A stretch of 64,000 nucleotides of DNA from Parcubacteria group bacterium (GTDB lineage: Bacteria; Patescibacteriota; Minisyncoccia; Phycocordibacterales; CALRBT01), in assembly GCA_943354475.1 (NCBI GenBank), contig CALRBT010000001.1, forward strand, positions 23,807 to 87,806. The letters run 5' to 3'. Below are positions 37,028 to 47,536 of the stretch, piece by piece. The translations under genes were made by a program, and so were the position numbers. Below the pieces are notes generated by a model. The model ran no database searches and was not told where the DNA came from. It saw nothing but the letters and a program-made list of their open reading frames with translations. The stretch's first letter is position 1; every line of letters begins with the position of its first letter.

Positions 37028-37873
37028 ATGAATTGGTACGACGATAAGATAAAGACAAATCCAAACTATCTCTCTAAAGGCAAGATTTCTAGCCTAGATC
37101 TCCTCTATCCAGGTTTTGTTTTTCCACTTCTTAAATTATTTGTCCAGGCTCGCAAAGAAAATCTGTCCATCTATGTCTTTGAAACCTATCGGTCACAAGA
37201 ACGCCAGCTTGAGCTTTTTAACAAAGGAACAAGTATGCTAAAGAAAAATGGTATGCACCATTTTGGTATCGCTTCTGACGTTGTCTTTCTCGACGGGGCG
37301 GGAAACCCTAGTTGGTCTGGAAGTTTCAATTGGGCACGTCTCGGGGCTATCGGCCTATCGCATGGGCTTGAGTGGGGTGGAAATTGGAAAAACTTTGTAG
37401 ACAAGCCACATTTCCAGCTCATTCCTGCAACATTTAGTGATCAGGCAAAAATTGTCGCCAAAAATTATCCTCCTTACGATAGTGCTATCGACGGAAAACT
37501 TTCTAAGGCCATAACTTGTTTTGAAAGTGCCAAAGCCGCTCACTTCTCAAGTCCTACTATCACAGCACTCGATCAAGCACTTTCAGATCAAGCGCCACAG
37601 CCAAAACCACCACTGTTTACCAGAGATCTACTACTCAACTCCACTGGTCCTGATGTGAAGTTATTACAGCAGTTATTGAATACAGACAATGCTACCAAGA
37701 TTGCGGTGAGTGGAGTTGGCTCTCCTGGACATGAGACTGGGTATTTTGGTGAAATGACAAAATTGGCAGTAGGGAAATTTCAGCTCAAACACGGTGTCAC
37801 GACACCAATTGGTCCTGGATATGGTAGAGTTGGGCCTAAGACTCGCGCCAAACTGCAAGAATTATTTGGATAG
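37028..37873 (+). CDS. Peptidase M15 family (D-Ala-D-Ala carboxypeptidase/endolysin-like) with C-terminal peptidoglycan-binding domain
   Basis: HHFGIASDVVF (zinc-binding) and HGLEWGGNW; the C-terminus matches the PG_binding_1-like LLQQLLNTDN...GYFGEMTKLAVGKFQ. Confidence 0.65.
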   Translation: MNWYDDKIKTNPNYLSKGKISSLDLLYPGFVFPLLKLFVQARKENLSIYVFETYRSQERQLELFNKGTSMLKKNGMHHFGIASDVVFLDGAGNPSWSGSFNWARLGAIGLSHGLEWGGNWKNFVDKPHFQLIPATFSDQAKIVAKNYPPYDSAIDGKLSKAITCFESAKAAHFSSPTITALDQALSDQAPQPKPPLFTRDLLLNSTGPDVKLLQQLLNTDNATKIAVSGVGSPGHETGYFGEMTKLAVGKFQLKHGVTTPIGPGYGRVGPKTRAKLQELFG

Positions 37874-37874
37874 T

Positions 37875-38474
37875 ATGATGAGATTAAAAGAACTATATCG
37901 GCTCATCTTGCCTCAAACACATCTCAATCGTAGTTTGCGTATTTTGATTAGTGTTAATACAGGGATGGTGTTTGTCGTTGGAATATTCGCTCCATTCTAC
38001 GCCGTGTTTGTTCAAAACATTGGGGGGAGTATTGCTTGGATTGGATTTTCTTGGGCACTCCTTTCGATTGTCTCTGGTGTATTGATATTACTCTTCACGA
38101 ACCTTGAGATGAAAGTGAGAGAACAGGAGTTACTCTTAGCTCTGGGTTATTTTTTACGCGGAATCGTATTTCTTAGCTATGCTTTTATGACCAACCTCAC
38201 CGAACTCATTTTTGCTCAAATACTTTGGGGTATAGCTGCTGCTATCGGTGTGCCCGCTTTCGATGCAGTCTATCAAGCGCATACAACAAATGAGGATGCT
38301 ATCGTTCAGTGGGGTGGGTGGGAAGGAATCGCATCGATTGCAACAGGAGTCGCTGCTCTTATTGGAGGATTCGTAATTGAAGGATTTGGCTACCAAGCCG
38401 TCTTCTTGATTATGTCGGCGATTTGTTTTGGGTTGGGTTTCTATGTCTGGCGATTACCACGAGAAGTATTATAA
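37875..38474 (+). CDS. Half-size MFS-like membrane protein (C-terminal 6-TM half only); possible truncated transporter
   Basis: 199 aa from MMRLKEL with 6 TM helices; the ORF-track start 37794 overlaps the upstream gene, and ATG 37875 follows its stop. Confidence 0.4.
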   Translation: MMRLKELYRLILPQTHLNRSLRILISVNTGMVFVVGIFAPFYAVFVQNIGGSIAWIGFSWALLSIVSGVLILLFTNLEMKVREQELLLALGYFLRGIVFLSYAFMTNLTELIFAQILWGIAAAIGVPAFDAVYQAHTTNEDAIVQWGGWEGIASIATGVAALIGGFVIEGFGYQAVFLIMSAICFGLGFYVWRLPREVL

Positions 38475-38614
38475 CTTATATATTTGGTGAACTTCTTTGT
38501 TGAAATCGTCGGTTTCTCCTTCATCATACGTTCAAGTATGACTCAGTCGCAACCTCGATTTCGCCTCATTGAGCACAATGACCTACTGGGTCGAACTCCA
38601 CTCAAATCTATAAG
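38475..38614. repeat. Dispersed intergenic repeat, diverged copy R4 (flanked by cttatatatttgg/caaatctataag)
   Basis: Contains acttctttgttg, catcatacgttcaagtatgactcag and tcgcctcattgagcacaatgacctactgggtcgaa, all shared with copy R3. Confidence 0.65.
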
Positions 38615-38637
38615 TTCTAAGCAGAAGTAAAAATTAT

Positions 38638-39279
38638 ATGAAAATCACAAAATTAGGGCACTGCTGTCTACTCATTGAAACGAAGAATAAAAGGATTTTG
38701 ACCGATCCGGGAACCTTCTCAACCGTGCAGGATGGTTTGAAGGATATTGATATTGTACTGATTACTCACGAACACGCTGATCATTTCCACCTTGATTCTC
38801 TAAACCGAATACTTACCTTAAACCCACAAGTGGCGATTGTAACCAACAGCGCTGTTGGCGCGCTACTCACCAAAGAAGAAATACCGTTTATTCTGCTAGA
38901 GGGAATAGATTCGGCAATCGTTTCTGAACTTCCTTTTGAAGCATTCGACTCTAAGCATGAGGAGATATTTGAAGAGATTGGTCAGGTTCAGAATACTGGT
39001 TATTTTATTGACGGACGTTTGTTTTATCCAGGAGATTCGTTTGCTGATCCCAAAAAGCAGGTAGAAATTCTAGCGCTTCCTATTGCGGGGCCATGGTGCA
39101 AACTCGCAGATAGTATTCGCTATGCGCTCAAGATAAAACCCACCAAGGCATTCCCTGTCCATGATGGGATGATTCAAGAAGATAAACTGAGCTCAAGTCA
39201 TGGAATTGCAGGGATGGTTCTGGGACAAAGGAATACAGAATTTACACAACTCAAGGCCGGAGAAACTGTTGAATACTAA
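38638..39279 (+). CDS. MBL-fold metallo-hydrolase
   Basis: ITHEHADH motif. Confidence 0.65.
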   Translation: MKITKLGHCCLLIETKNKRILTDPGTFSTVQDGLKDIDIVLITHEHADHFHLDSLNRILTLNPQVAIVTNSAVGALLTKEEIPFILLEGIDSAIVSELPFEAFDSKHEEIFEEIGQVQNTGYFIDGRLFYPGDSFADPKKQVEILALPIAGPWCKLADSIRYALKIKPTKAFPVHDGMIQEDKLSSSHGIAGMVLGQRNTEFTQLKAGETVEY

Positions 39280-39348
39280 GGTTTTTTGTTACTATTACTG
39301 AGACCAGTTTTGTGATTTAATAGGGGGGAATTAATTTAATTAACATTT

Positions 39349-40077
39349 ATGGACGAGAAACCAATTTCAAAAAGTAATTTACTCATTCCGTTCTCAATCA
39401 TTTTTGCTGGGTTGATTATCGGCGGTGCTGTGTACTTTAGTAACAATCGTAGTGGTGGAGCAGCGGTTCCTGGGGCCAAGGTTCCAGCTGTTGCTGCGGA
39501 CATCTCAAAGGTGGTTACTGACGGAAGGCCGTTTATAGGAAATCCAAATGCAAAAGTTACTATTGCGTATTGGTTTGATTATCAATGTCCGTACTGTAAA
39601 CTCAATGAGCAAAAGAATATCTCACAGATTGTTGCACAGTACGTACAGACAGGAAAAGTAAAAATCGTATTCAAGGACTATCAGTTCTTGGGCATGTATT
39701 CAAAAGATCAGGGAAGGGATGACTCAATGTCCGCAGCACTTATGGCAAGGGCTGTTTGGGAGGTATCCCCTGAAAAATTCTACGATTGGCATAGTGCGGT
39801 AATGAATAAGCAAGATGATGAAAATGCTGGTTGGGGGAGTGAAGCAGATCTCCTTGCGCTGACCAAGACAATTCCTGGAGTTGATGCGGTCAAAGTCCAA
39901 GGGTTGATGGTTTCTAAGAAGGCTGTCTATGAGAAAATGATTAATGAAGACAGGACCGAGGGTGCTTCGTTTGGTATTGAAGGCACTCCAGCGATGATTG
40001 TTGGTAAAGAGGTTCTTGGAGGCTATATTCAAGATTTTCCAAAGATTTCAGGACCAATTGATGCATTACTAAAATAG
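39349..40077 (+). CDS. DsbA-family thiol:disulfide oxidoreductase (CPYC)
   Basis: N-terminal TM anchor; WFDYQCPYCK. Confidence 0.7.
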   Translation: MDEKPISKSNLLIPFSIIFAGLIIGGAVYFSNNRSGGAAVPGAKVPAVAADISKVVTDGRPFIGNPNAKVTIAYWFDYQCPYCKLNEQKNISQIVAQYVQTGKVKIVFKDYQFLGMYSKDQGRDDSMSAALMARAVWEVSPEKFYDWHSAVMNKQDDENAGWGSEADLLALTKTIPGVDAVKVQGLMVSKKAVYEKMINEDRTEGASFGIEGTPAMIVGKEVLGGYIQDFPKISGPIDALLK

Positions 40078-40086
40078 AGGTTAGTT

Positions 40087-40136
40087 ACAAAAACAAAACA
40101 CCGGCAAGCTTTGCTTGCCGGTGTTTTGTTTTTGTA
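40087..40136 (+). terminator. Rho-independent terminator (long palindrome)
   Basis: acaaaaacaaaacaccggcaagc-tttg-cttgccggtgttttgtttttgt. Confidence 0.7.
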
Positions 40137-40536
40137 ATTTATCAATAGTTCACCCTATAAATCAACAACACCCCAAACCGGAGTGCGATTAAGGGTGGAA
40201 TGGTGTAGCACAAAATGTGCTTAGTATAAAAAAGAACAAAAGCGATGTTCGTCGCCGTCGGGACAGGCCCGACGGCTTCGAATTCGATGACCTCGAACCA
40301 GGTCAGCCGACGGCACCGACGTAGCCACTGGCCGTGGTCGAGTCGTGCGCCGTGACGAGGCGCCGATGAACCGTTGCCAGGTGACGGGCCATTGCGATCG
40401 TCGCGGCGTCTTGATCGATACTGAACCGTTTTTTTGTCAACTAATTAAACTGTTGATAATCGCAGTGCGTTTTTCGGATCCTGGAAGCATAAACATGTTT
40501 GTTTTGTTCGCCTAAAACTTTGTTATACTCAACACA

Positions 40537-41124
40537 ATGAAAGAAGCTCCGATTACAAAACTACTAATGATTGATGATAAACAGATTGAGTATTCACTGC
40601 GCCCGAGCCGTAAGGCTCGGGCGCTACGCCTTAGCGTCTATCCAGATAAGAGAATTGTAGTGAGTGCGTCTCTTGGATACTCAATTTCGACAATTGAGAA
40701 TTTTATCAAAAGTAAATCAGAGTGGATTCTCGATAAGCTCAGATATTTTAGTAAGTTTGCAGAGGTCACTACTTTACGTGGAGGCAGGCGTGAGTATTTA
40801 AAATACAAAGAAGTGGCGAGGAGTATTGTTCATGAACGTTTAAGACACTTTAATCAATTTTATAATTTTGATTATGGAAATATTACCATTCGTAACCAAA
40901 AGAGTCGGTGGGGAAGTTGTTCAAAGCGAGGTAACCTTAACTTCAATTTTAAAATAGCTCAGATTGATGCTGAACTAGCTGACTACATTATTGTCCACGA
41001 ACTTTGCCACACTAAAGAATTCAATCACGGTAAAGCCTTTTGGCAGTTAGTAGAGAAAACCATTCCAAATTACAAAGATTTGCGAGGTAGATTAAAGAGA
41101 GGGGCATTAGTCACTGCTCAATAG
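40537..41124 (+). CDS. YgjP-like (DUF45/M48-related) metallopeptidase
   Basis: HELCHTKE (HExxH) near the C-terminus and overall DUF45 layout. Confidence 0.6.
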   Translation: MKEAPITKLLMIDDKQIEYSLRPSRKARALRLSVYPDKRIVVSASLGYSISTIENFIKSKSEWILDKLRYFSKFAEVTTLRGGRREYLKYKEVARSIVHERLRHFNQFYNFDYGNITIRNQKSRWGSCSKRGNLNFNFKIAQIDAELADYIIVHELCHTKEFNHGKAFWQLVEKTIPNYKDLRGRLKRGALVTAQ

Positions 41125-41298
41125 AGAATTAGGAGAGGTGGAGCATAAGTGTTCGTTTCAACCCCCTTACCGGACCCAGACCAGGAGGGTATACTCAAGA
41201 GTATGAGTGTTCCCTCAAGTGTTCACTTCGTTCCCTATACCCACAGGGCATAAGGTACACTCCTTATCCTCCAGAGGATAAGTGTTCACTTCGTTCCC

Positions 41299-43020
41299 TT
41301 ACATCTTCTCAAGGGTCGTGATTCCAAGTAGGTGAAGACCGTTTTTCATAACGGTAGTGAAGTTTGAAGTAAGTTGTAGGCGATAACCCGATTCTGGATT
41401 CTCTTTGTCGATAATTTTATTTTGCGCGTAGAAAGAATTGAATACTGAGGCAAGTTCAATAAGATAGGTGACGATATAACTCGGTGCAAGTTCATTATAG
41501 GAGAGCGTCACCACTTCTGGGAAACGATAGAGTAGTTTTTCCAAATCATAGATGCTCTCTTCGTGGGTTACTCCACTTAGCTTTATTCCCTCTGTCTTTG
41601 CTTTCTCTAGTACCGAGAGCGCTCTGGTATAGGAATATTGGAGATAGGGGCCAGAGTCACCTTCAAACGAAATTGATTTTTCTGGATCAAAGATAATGTC
41701 TTTACCAGGGGATTGTCTGAGGATGGTGTACTTGATGGCACCGACCGCAACCACCTCGGCAATCGTTTTCTTATCTCCCTCATCCAATTCTCGGTTACTA
41801 ATTTTCTCTAGCGCCAATTCTTCGGTGCTGGTGAGGAGTGATTCACCAGTAATAACGTTACCCAGACGCGAGGACATTTTGCCCGTGGTGAGACGCAAGA
41901 ATCCATGACTCACATTAACCGTTTTTTTGGCTTCAGGACGAATTAGGCTAAATGCCTTATGGACTACTTTGAAATACTCTTTTGTTTCAACTGCCGTAGT
42001 GATAATTGATTGGTCAAAATCTTTTACGGTTTCAATTTTAAGTTCGCACAGACCAAGATCTTTCGCCTCATAAGTGGTAAGTCCTTCTGAGTTTATAAAG
42101 ACGCGAGTGTGGAGACCGTGTTTTTCACCAGCAAAAACGATAGCCCCATCACTTTTTTCAAAAATGCCATCTGCAATATGATTTTCTACAAGTGCTTTTC
42201 CCGCTCTCCACGTTTGGCTTTCAAAAAAGTAATAGTCAAATTTGGTCCCTAATTTTTTGTAGATTGTTTCAAAATGATCGAGCGATAACTTCCTCCCGAT
42301 CACATAGATTTTGTTCACCCGCTCGTCAGACTCTTCGTATACCTGTTTATTTATCAACACGATTTCTTTTTTTGAAGACTCGTCTTCTTCATAAGCGGCA
42401 TTTCCGGCAACATAGCACTCTCCCATGAATTTTATAGACTCCTCTAGAGAGTGTGAGTCATCAAATAGATATTCCGAATCTTTGTGTAAGATGCCCCAGA
42501 TACATTTTGCAACATGTAATCCAACATCTCCTTGATAGTTTGCTCGAACGACCTCTGCTCCAGAGAATTCAATAACTCTAGAGAGTGATTCGCCAACTGC
42601 ATTACTCATCAAATGCCCTATGTGGAATTGTTTGAACGGGTTTGGTTGGGTGTACTCAATGAGAACTTTGGTCCCTTTTAGCAGCTTTGATTTCCCAAAA
42701 TCTTCTTCTTCGTTATCAATAATTTCTGTACTCTGCGAGAAAAACTTTTTTGAAAGGTGAAAATTAATAAAGCCAGGTTTTACTGCTTCAACCCGCTCTA
42801 TCTCTTCTTCTAAATCCTTAGATATTTCATGAGCAATAACCTCTGCCAACTCGAGAGGATTTTTGCCTGCCCCTTTGGCGAGCGCCATAGCAACATTACT
42901 TGAGTAATCACCAAAAACGAGCTCTGTTGGGTGTTCAAGTTTAATCTCCCCAGCTGGTAGCCCTAAGGTTTGGAGCGTAGAGGCAATCTTTATTTTGATG
43001 GTTTCAGTAATTGGTAGCAT
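41299..43020 (-). CDS. argS: Arginine--tRNA ligase
   Basis: Class I HIGH motif (FHIGHLMSNAVGES) and a KMSSR-like motif (GKMSSRLGNVI); length 573 aa. Confidence 0.9.
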   Translation of the reverse strand: MLPITETIKIKIASTLQTLGLPAGEIKLEHPTELVFGDYSSNVAMALAKGAGKNPLELAEVIAHEISKDLEEEIERVEAVKPGFINFHLSKKFFSQSTEIIDNEEEDFGKSKLLKGTKVLIEYTQPNPFKQFHIGHLMSNAVGESLSRVIEFSGAEVVRANYQGDVGLHVAKCIWGILHKDSEYLFDDSHSLEESIKFMGECYVAGNAAYEEDESSKKEIVLINKQVYEESDERVNKIYVIGRKLSLDHFETIYKKLGTKFDYYFFESQTWRAGKALVENHIADGIFEKSDGAIVFAGEKHGLHTRVFINSEGLTTYEAKDLGLCELKIETVKDFDQSIITTAVETKEYFKVVHKAFSLIRPEAKKTVNVSHGFLRLTTGKMSSRLGNVITGESLLTSTEELALEKISNRELDEGDKKTIAEVVAVGAIKYTILRQSPGKDIIFDPEKSISFEGDSGPYLQYSYTRALSVLEKAKTEGIKLSGVTHEESIYDLEKLLYRFPEVVTLSYNELAPSYIVTYLIELASVFNSFYAQNKIIDKENPESGYRLQLTSNFTTVMKNGLHLLGITTLEKM

Positions 43021-43111
43021 TACAGACTAATAGTACTGAAAATAGAGTGAATTACAAATATAAGGAGCTGTGATAAAATACAAGGAACGTTACTAATACC
43101 TAACTTTATTT

Positions 43112-43837
43112 ATGGAAATAGAAAAACATAGAAATCTGTATGCTTCAGGAGCCTTAGGTATAGCGATTGTTCTCTCAACAATCATTGGCGCCTGGACACA
43201 TTATTCGGTTCGGGCTCTTGACTTTGCGCTGAGTGTTACAGGCTCGGCCAAACAGCAAGTCACTTCAGATCAAGCTAAGTGGGTGACAACTACTTCTCGT
43301 ACAACTAGGGAGTCGCAAGTTAAGGCTGGTTACCAACAGATGAGTCAGGACCTTGCGATCGTTAAGAAGTTTTTTAAGGCAGAAGGAATTGATGAAAAAG
43401 ATCTCACCATTTCTCCCATCTTTATGGATCAAGTCTACAAGCAAAATGATGGAGGTGAAAAAGAGTTCAGTCTACGTCAAACTATTGAATATAATAGTAC
43501 TGACGTAGCCAAGGTAACCGCCATGAGTAAATTAGTTTCAAACATTATTGATCAAGGAGTTCTTATTTCAACGCAGTCGCTTGAGTACTCATACTCTAAA
43601 TTAGCCGAGCTCAGAGTCAGCCTTCTCTCTAATGCAGTGAAGGATGCTAAAGAACGTGCGCAGTCAATCGCCAAAGAGACGGGGCGTGGTGTCGGAGCAT
43701 TGCGTTCAGCCGCCAGTGGAGTGGTGCAAGTATTACCACTTAACTCGGTTGATGTATCCGACTATGGTATGTATGACACAGGGAGTATAGAGAAGGTAGT
43801 GATGGTCACCGTCAAAGCTTCTTTTGCAGTAAAATAA
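43112..43837 (+). CDS. SIMPL (DUF541) domain protein
   Basis: N-terminal TM helix; the C-terminal VKASFAV is typical of SIMPL / 26-kDa periplasmic immunogenic protein. Confidence 0.55.
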   Translation: MEIEKHRNLYASGALGIAIVLSTIIGAWTHYSVRALDFALSVTGSAKQQVTSDQAKWVTTTSRTTRESQVKAGYQQMSQDLAIVKKFFKAEGIDEKDLTISPIFMDQVYKQNDGGEKEFSLRQTIEYNSTDVAKVTAMSKLVSNIIDQGVLISTQSLEYSYSKLAELRVSLLSNAVKDAKERAQSIAKETGRGVGALRSAASGVVQVLPLNSVDVSDYGMYDTGSIEKVVMVTVKASFAVK

Positions 43838-43840
43838 ATT

Positions 43841-44665
43841 ATGACAATACTCCTTGATGGTAAAAAAGCGGCAGAGGAACTCGAGGAACACTGCAGGAAG
43901 GCGCTCGGACAGTTATCCTATAAACCGATATTGGTTATTATCCAAGTTGGCAATCGCGAAGAGTCTTCGGTGTATGTAAAACAAAAAATGAAAGCAGGTG
44001 AGCGTATTGGGATTGAAGTTCGTCATGTGACATTACCTGAAGACGTTTCAATGGCCGATGCACTGAAAGCAATTGCTGAGAGTAATGAAGACGTATCTAT
44101 TTCAGGAATTATTTTACAATTACCTGTCCCAGAGCACTTGGATAGCGACTTTCTCATTGATGCAATTCTTCCTGCTAAAGATGTTGATGGGATGACTGCG
44201 GTTAACGTGAAGCTTTTGGTTAACGGTACTCATCTGGGAGTTTTGCCAGCAACGACAAGAGGGATCATGTTCCTGCTCAATTTTTACCGAATCACCATTG
44301 AAAGTAAGCGCGTACTTATCGTTGGTCGTTCAAAGTTGGTTGGCAAACCAACAGCGCTGGAGTTTTTAAGCCATGGGGCTACGGTGACGATTGCACATAG
44401 GAGTACTCAAGACTTGCTTGAAGAGGTAAAACGAGCAGATATTGTTGTTACTGCCATAGGCGCGCCACACTTTTTTACCAGAGATTACTTTAGAGAAGGA
44501 CAGGTGGTCATCGATGTCGGTATTAATCGACAAGCTGGTAAACTTGTTGGTGATGTTGATTTTCCAAATGTTCAGGACTTGGTCGCGGCAATCACGCCAG
44601 TTCCTGGAGGTGTTGGACCGATGACGGTAGCGGCATTGTTCGCTAATCTTGTCGATACATTATAA
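43841..44665 (+). CDS. folD: Bifunctional methylenetetrahydrofolate dehydrogenase/cyclohydrolase FolD
   Basis: ILDGKK N-terminus, YVKQKMKA, ILQLPVP, GVGPMTVA. Confidence 0.85.
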   Translation: MTILLDGKKAAEELEEHCRKALGQLSYKPILVIIQVGNREESSVYVKQKMKAGERIGIEVRHVTLPEDVSMADALKAIAESNEDVSISGIILQLPVPEHLDSDFLIDAILPAKDVDGMTAVNVKLLVNGTHLGVLPATTRGIMFLLNFYRITIESKRVLIVGRSKLVGKPTALEFLSHGATVTIAHRSTQDLLEEVKRADIVVTAIGAPHFFTRDYFREGQVVIDVGINRQAGKLVGDVDFPNVQDLVAAITPVPGGVGPMTVAALFANLVDTL

Positions 44666-44690
44666 ACGCTAAAAATCATAACTTTCAGAT

Positions 44691-45863
44691 ATGAATTACG
44701 ACCAAAGAGCGATAGCGATGCATAAGAAGTTTAAAGGCAAACTCGAAGTACGCAGTAAGGTATTGGTGAGGAATAAAGAAGATCTCTCACTTGCTTACAC
44801 ACCAGGTGTTGCCGCAGTATCAAAATTGATTGCCAAGGACAAACGAAACGTTTTTACTCATACACTTCGTGGTAATACTGTTGCTGTCGTCTCTGATGGC
44901 TCCGCCATTTTAGGATTAGGGAACCTCGGTCCAGAAGCTGCGATGCCAGTAATGGAAGGGAAGGCCGTACTCTTCAAAGAATTTGGTAATGTTGATGCCT
45001 TTCCAATCTGTCTGGCAACGCAGAACACCGAGGAAATAATACAGGCAGTGAAAATGATTGCACCAAGTTTTGGTGGAATTAATCTTGAAGATATTGCCGC
45101 TCCTCGTTGTTTTGAAATTGAAGAGAGATTAAAGAAAGAGCTCGATATCCCTGTCTTTCATGATGATCAACATGGAACAGCGATCGTGGTGCTCGCCGCG
45201 CTTATCAACGCGCTCAAGGTTGTAAAGAAAGATATCGCAAAAATAAAAGTGGTGATCAATGGTGCGGGGGCCGCCGCCACCGCCACAGCAAAACTATTTA
45301 TAAAGGCTGGTGTAAAACGTGGTTCGATATTAATCCTTGATAGTAGGGGAATCATCACGGTCGACCGGAAGGATTTAAATGAAGCAAAAGCAGAACTTGC
45401 ACTCCTTACTAATAGTAAGAAAGTAGGTGGTAATTTGGGTGAAGCACTTATCGATGCTGATGTATTCGTCGGTGTTTCAGCACCGAATGTACTAAAAGGA
45501 GAGTGGGTGAAGTTGATGGCAAATGACCCAATTGTTTTTGCGATGGCAAATCCGAATCCTGAGATTACCTATGAGGACGCAAAAAAAACAAAAATCAAAG
45601 TGTTTGGTACAGGACGCTCTGACTATCCAAATCAAATCAATAACGTACTTGTGTTTCCAGGAATTTTCCGTGGTGCGCTCGACGCAGGTGCAAAAGCGAT
45701 AACTGATGAAATGAAACTTGAAGCTGCTAAGGCGATTGCATCAATTGTGACTAAAAAGGAACTAAAACCAGAGTACGTTATACCGCGACCATTTGATAAG
45801 CGAGTAGCGAAGGTTGTTGCAAATGCAGTGAGGAAAGCGGTGAAAAAGGGGGCTAGGAAGTAG
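44691..45863 (+). CDS. NAD(P)-dependent malic enzyme (short bacterial type)
   Basis: LSLAYTPGVA, VSDGSAILGLGNLG, FHDDQHGTAIV, NGAGAAA. Confidence 0.85.
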   Translation: MNYDQRAIAMHKKFKGKLEVRSKVLVRNKEDLSLAYTPGVAAVSKLIAKDKRNVFTHTLRGNTVAVVSDGSAILGLGNLGPEAAMPVMEGKAVLFKEFGNVDAFPICLATQNTEEIIQAVKMIAPSFGGINLEDIAAPRCFEIEERLKKELDIPVFHDDQHGTAIVVLAALINALKVVKKDIAKIKVVINGAGAAATATAKLFIKAGVKRGSILILDSRGIITVDRKDLNEAKAELALLTNSKKVGGNLGEALIDADVFVGVSAPNVLKGEWVKLMANDPIVFAMANPNPEITYEDAKKTKIKVFGTGRSDYPNQINNVLVFPGIFRGALDAGAKAITDEMKLEAAKAIASIVTKKELKPEYVIPRPFDKRVAKVVANAVRKAVKKGARK

Positions 45864-45895
45864 TAATTTAAGAACAAATTAGGATGAAAATGTGA

Positions 45896-45928
45896 AGCCC
45901 CCGCCGACTACGTCGGCGGGGTGCTCTG
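45896..45928 (+). terminator. GC-rich hairpin terminator candidate
   Basis: gcccccgccgac-tac-gtcggcggggtgc with a weak U-tract. Confidence 0.45.
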
Positions 45929-46292
45929 CTTCAGTGCAGTAACCCTCTCATTCTGGGTGGAATCGTCAGAACGCATCCACATGTTCGGCAACTCCAACTC
46001 CCGGGAAGATTTCCCAGATGTCCTGCCTTTGCGCAGGCTGCTTGGATTGCGATATAGTCTGTTACGCTAATAGAGGTTGGGGAATCCGGATCCCCCTCTT
46101 CGAATTCCATCGTGATGATTCCACCAGATTCTCGCATGTTCAACCCCTTCATTTGAGTAACGTCATCGCCAACGCGATGATGACCTGTTTCAATAATGAC
46201 ATTTTAAATAGATATAGTCAATGTCGTTCCTGTTTGCTGAAAAAAAGGTATACTTTACTTAAATATTTTTAGATAAAGAAAATTTATTCATC

Positions 46293-47330
46293 ATGAAAAA
46301 AATTAAAGTCGGAATTAATGGATTTGGACGAATCGGCAGAGCCTTTCTTAAGGTCGCTGAAAGTAGACCTGAACTTGAGGTTGTTGCGGTCAATGACTTA
46401 GGTGACGTTGATAATCTGGCATATCTTCTCAAATACGACACTGCCTATGGACACAGTGATTTTGAAATCGGAGTAAAGAAGGATTCATCGCCAACACTCG
46501 TTGTTAATGGACGTGATATTGCATTCCTCAGCGAAAAGGAGCCTGCTCATCTGCCTTGGGGTACGATGGGTGTTGATGTTGTTGTTGAGTCGACAGGGTT
46601 TTTTGAAACGTACGAAAAAGCTAAACTTCATATCGAAGGCGGTGCTAAACGTGTGGTGATCTCAGCACCAATGAAAGGGGATGAAGTAAATGGAGATGGG
46701 GTGACCGTACTTCTTGGTATTAACGAAGAAAAACTTGAACATTCTCAGGTAAGTTCAAATGCGTCTTGTACGACAAATGCAGGCTCACCACTTATGGCAA
46801 TTCTGCACGAAGCAATCGGTATTGAGAAAGCTCTCCTTAGTACGGTACATGGCTACACTGCAACACAGAGTATTGTGGATTCGCCCGCAAAAGGTGATTG
46901 GCGCCGTGGCCGTGCCGCAGCGCAGAACATCGTACCATCTTCTACCGGTGCTGCCATTGCGGTAACCAAAGCCCTCCCAGATCTCGCTGGACTCTTTGAT
47001 GGTATTGCTATCCGTGTACCTGTTATTACAGGATCTCTTGTGGACGTCACCTTTATTGCAAAGCGTGACACTTCGGTTGAGGAGATTAATGCAACGCTTA
47101 GACAAGCGGCACTTAATCCAAGATGGTCTGAAACGTTTGCAGTAACCGAGGAGCAACTTGTTTCTTCGGACATTATTGGGGATTCGCATGCATCGATTGC
47201 AGACCTTGCCATGACTCGTGTCGTTGGTGGTAATCTGGTTAAAGTTCTTGCTTGGTACGATAACGAAATGGGATACACACATGCGCTAGTGGGACATGTG
47301 ATTAAGGCAGGGAATTATATTGAGCGATAA
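46293..47330 (+). CDS. gap: Glyceraldehyde-3-phosphate dehydrogenase (type I)
   Basis: NGFGRIGR Rossmann motif and catalytic SNASCTTN. Confidence 0.9.
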   Translation: MKKIKVGINGFGRIGRAFLKVAESRPELEVVAVNDLGDVDNLAYLLKYDTAYGHSDFEIGVKKDSSPTLVVNGRDIAFLSEKEPAHLPWGTMGVDVVVESTGFFETYEKAKLHIEGGAKRVVISAPMKGDEVNGDGVTVLLGINEEKLEHSQVSSNASCTTNAGSPLMAILHEAIGIEKALLSTVHGYTATQSIVDSPAKGDWRRGRAAAQNIVPSSTGAAIAVTKALPDLAGLFDGIAIRVPVITGSLVDVTFIAKRDTSVEEINATLRQAALNPRWSETFAVTEEQLVSSDIIGDSHASIADLAMTRVVGGNLVKVLAWYDNEMGYTHALVGHVIKAGNYIER

Positions 47331-47536
47331 TGAATTTAGTTATAAAAATAGTTTCTATAATTGTTTTTGTTTATGTATTGATCGGGATATTTCAAGCGGT
47401 TACTTGGTCAGTCTCATATGATCCAGCTAGAGAGTCAGCTCCGAACAATCTCTCATCCTTCATACTAAACACTTTGTTGTGGCCGATGTAGTTAGTCTAC
47501 TATTATTTTGGAAGCGTTAATTATTGAAAAGAATGT

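Noticed and set aside
45931-46272. ORFs 45931-46152(-) and 46018-46272(+) in the GC-rich patch upstream of gap
   Set aside because: Short, overlapping, Cys/Arg-rich, and within a compositionally anomalous non-coding-looking segment. Insufficient support to call either.
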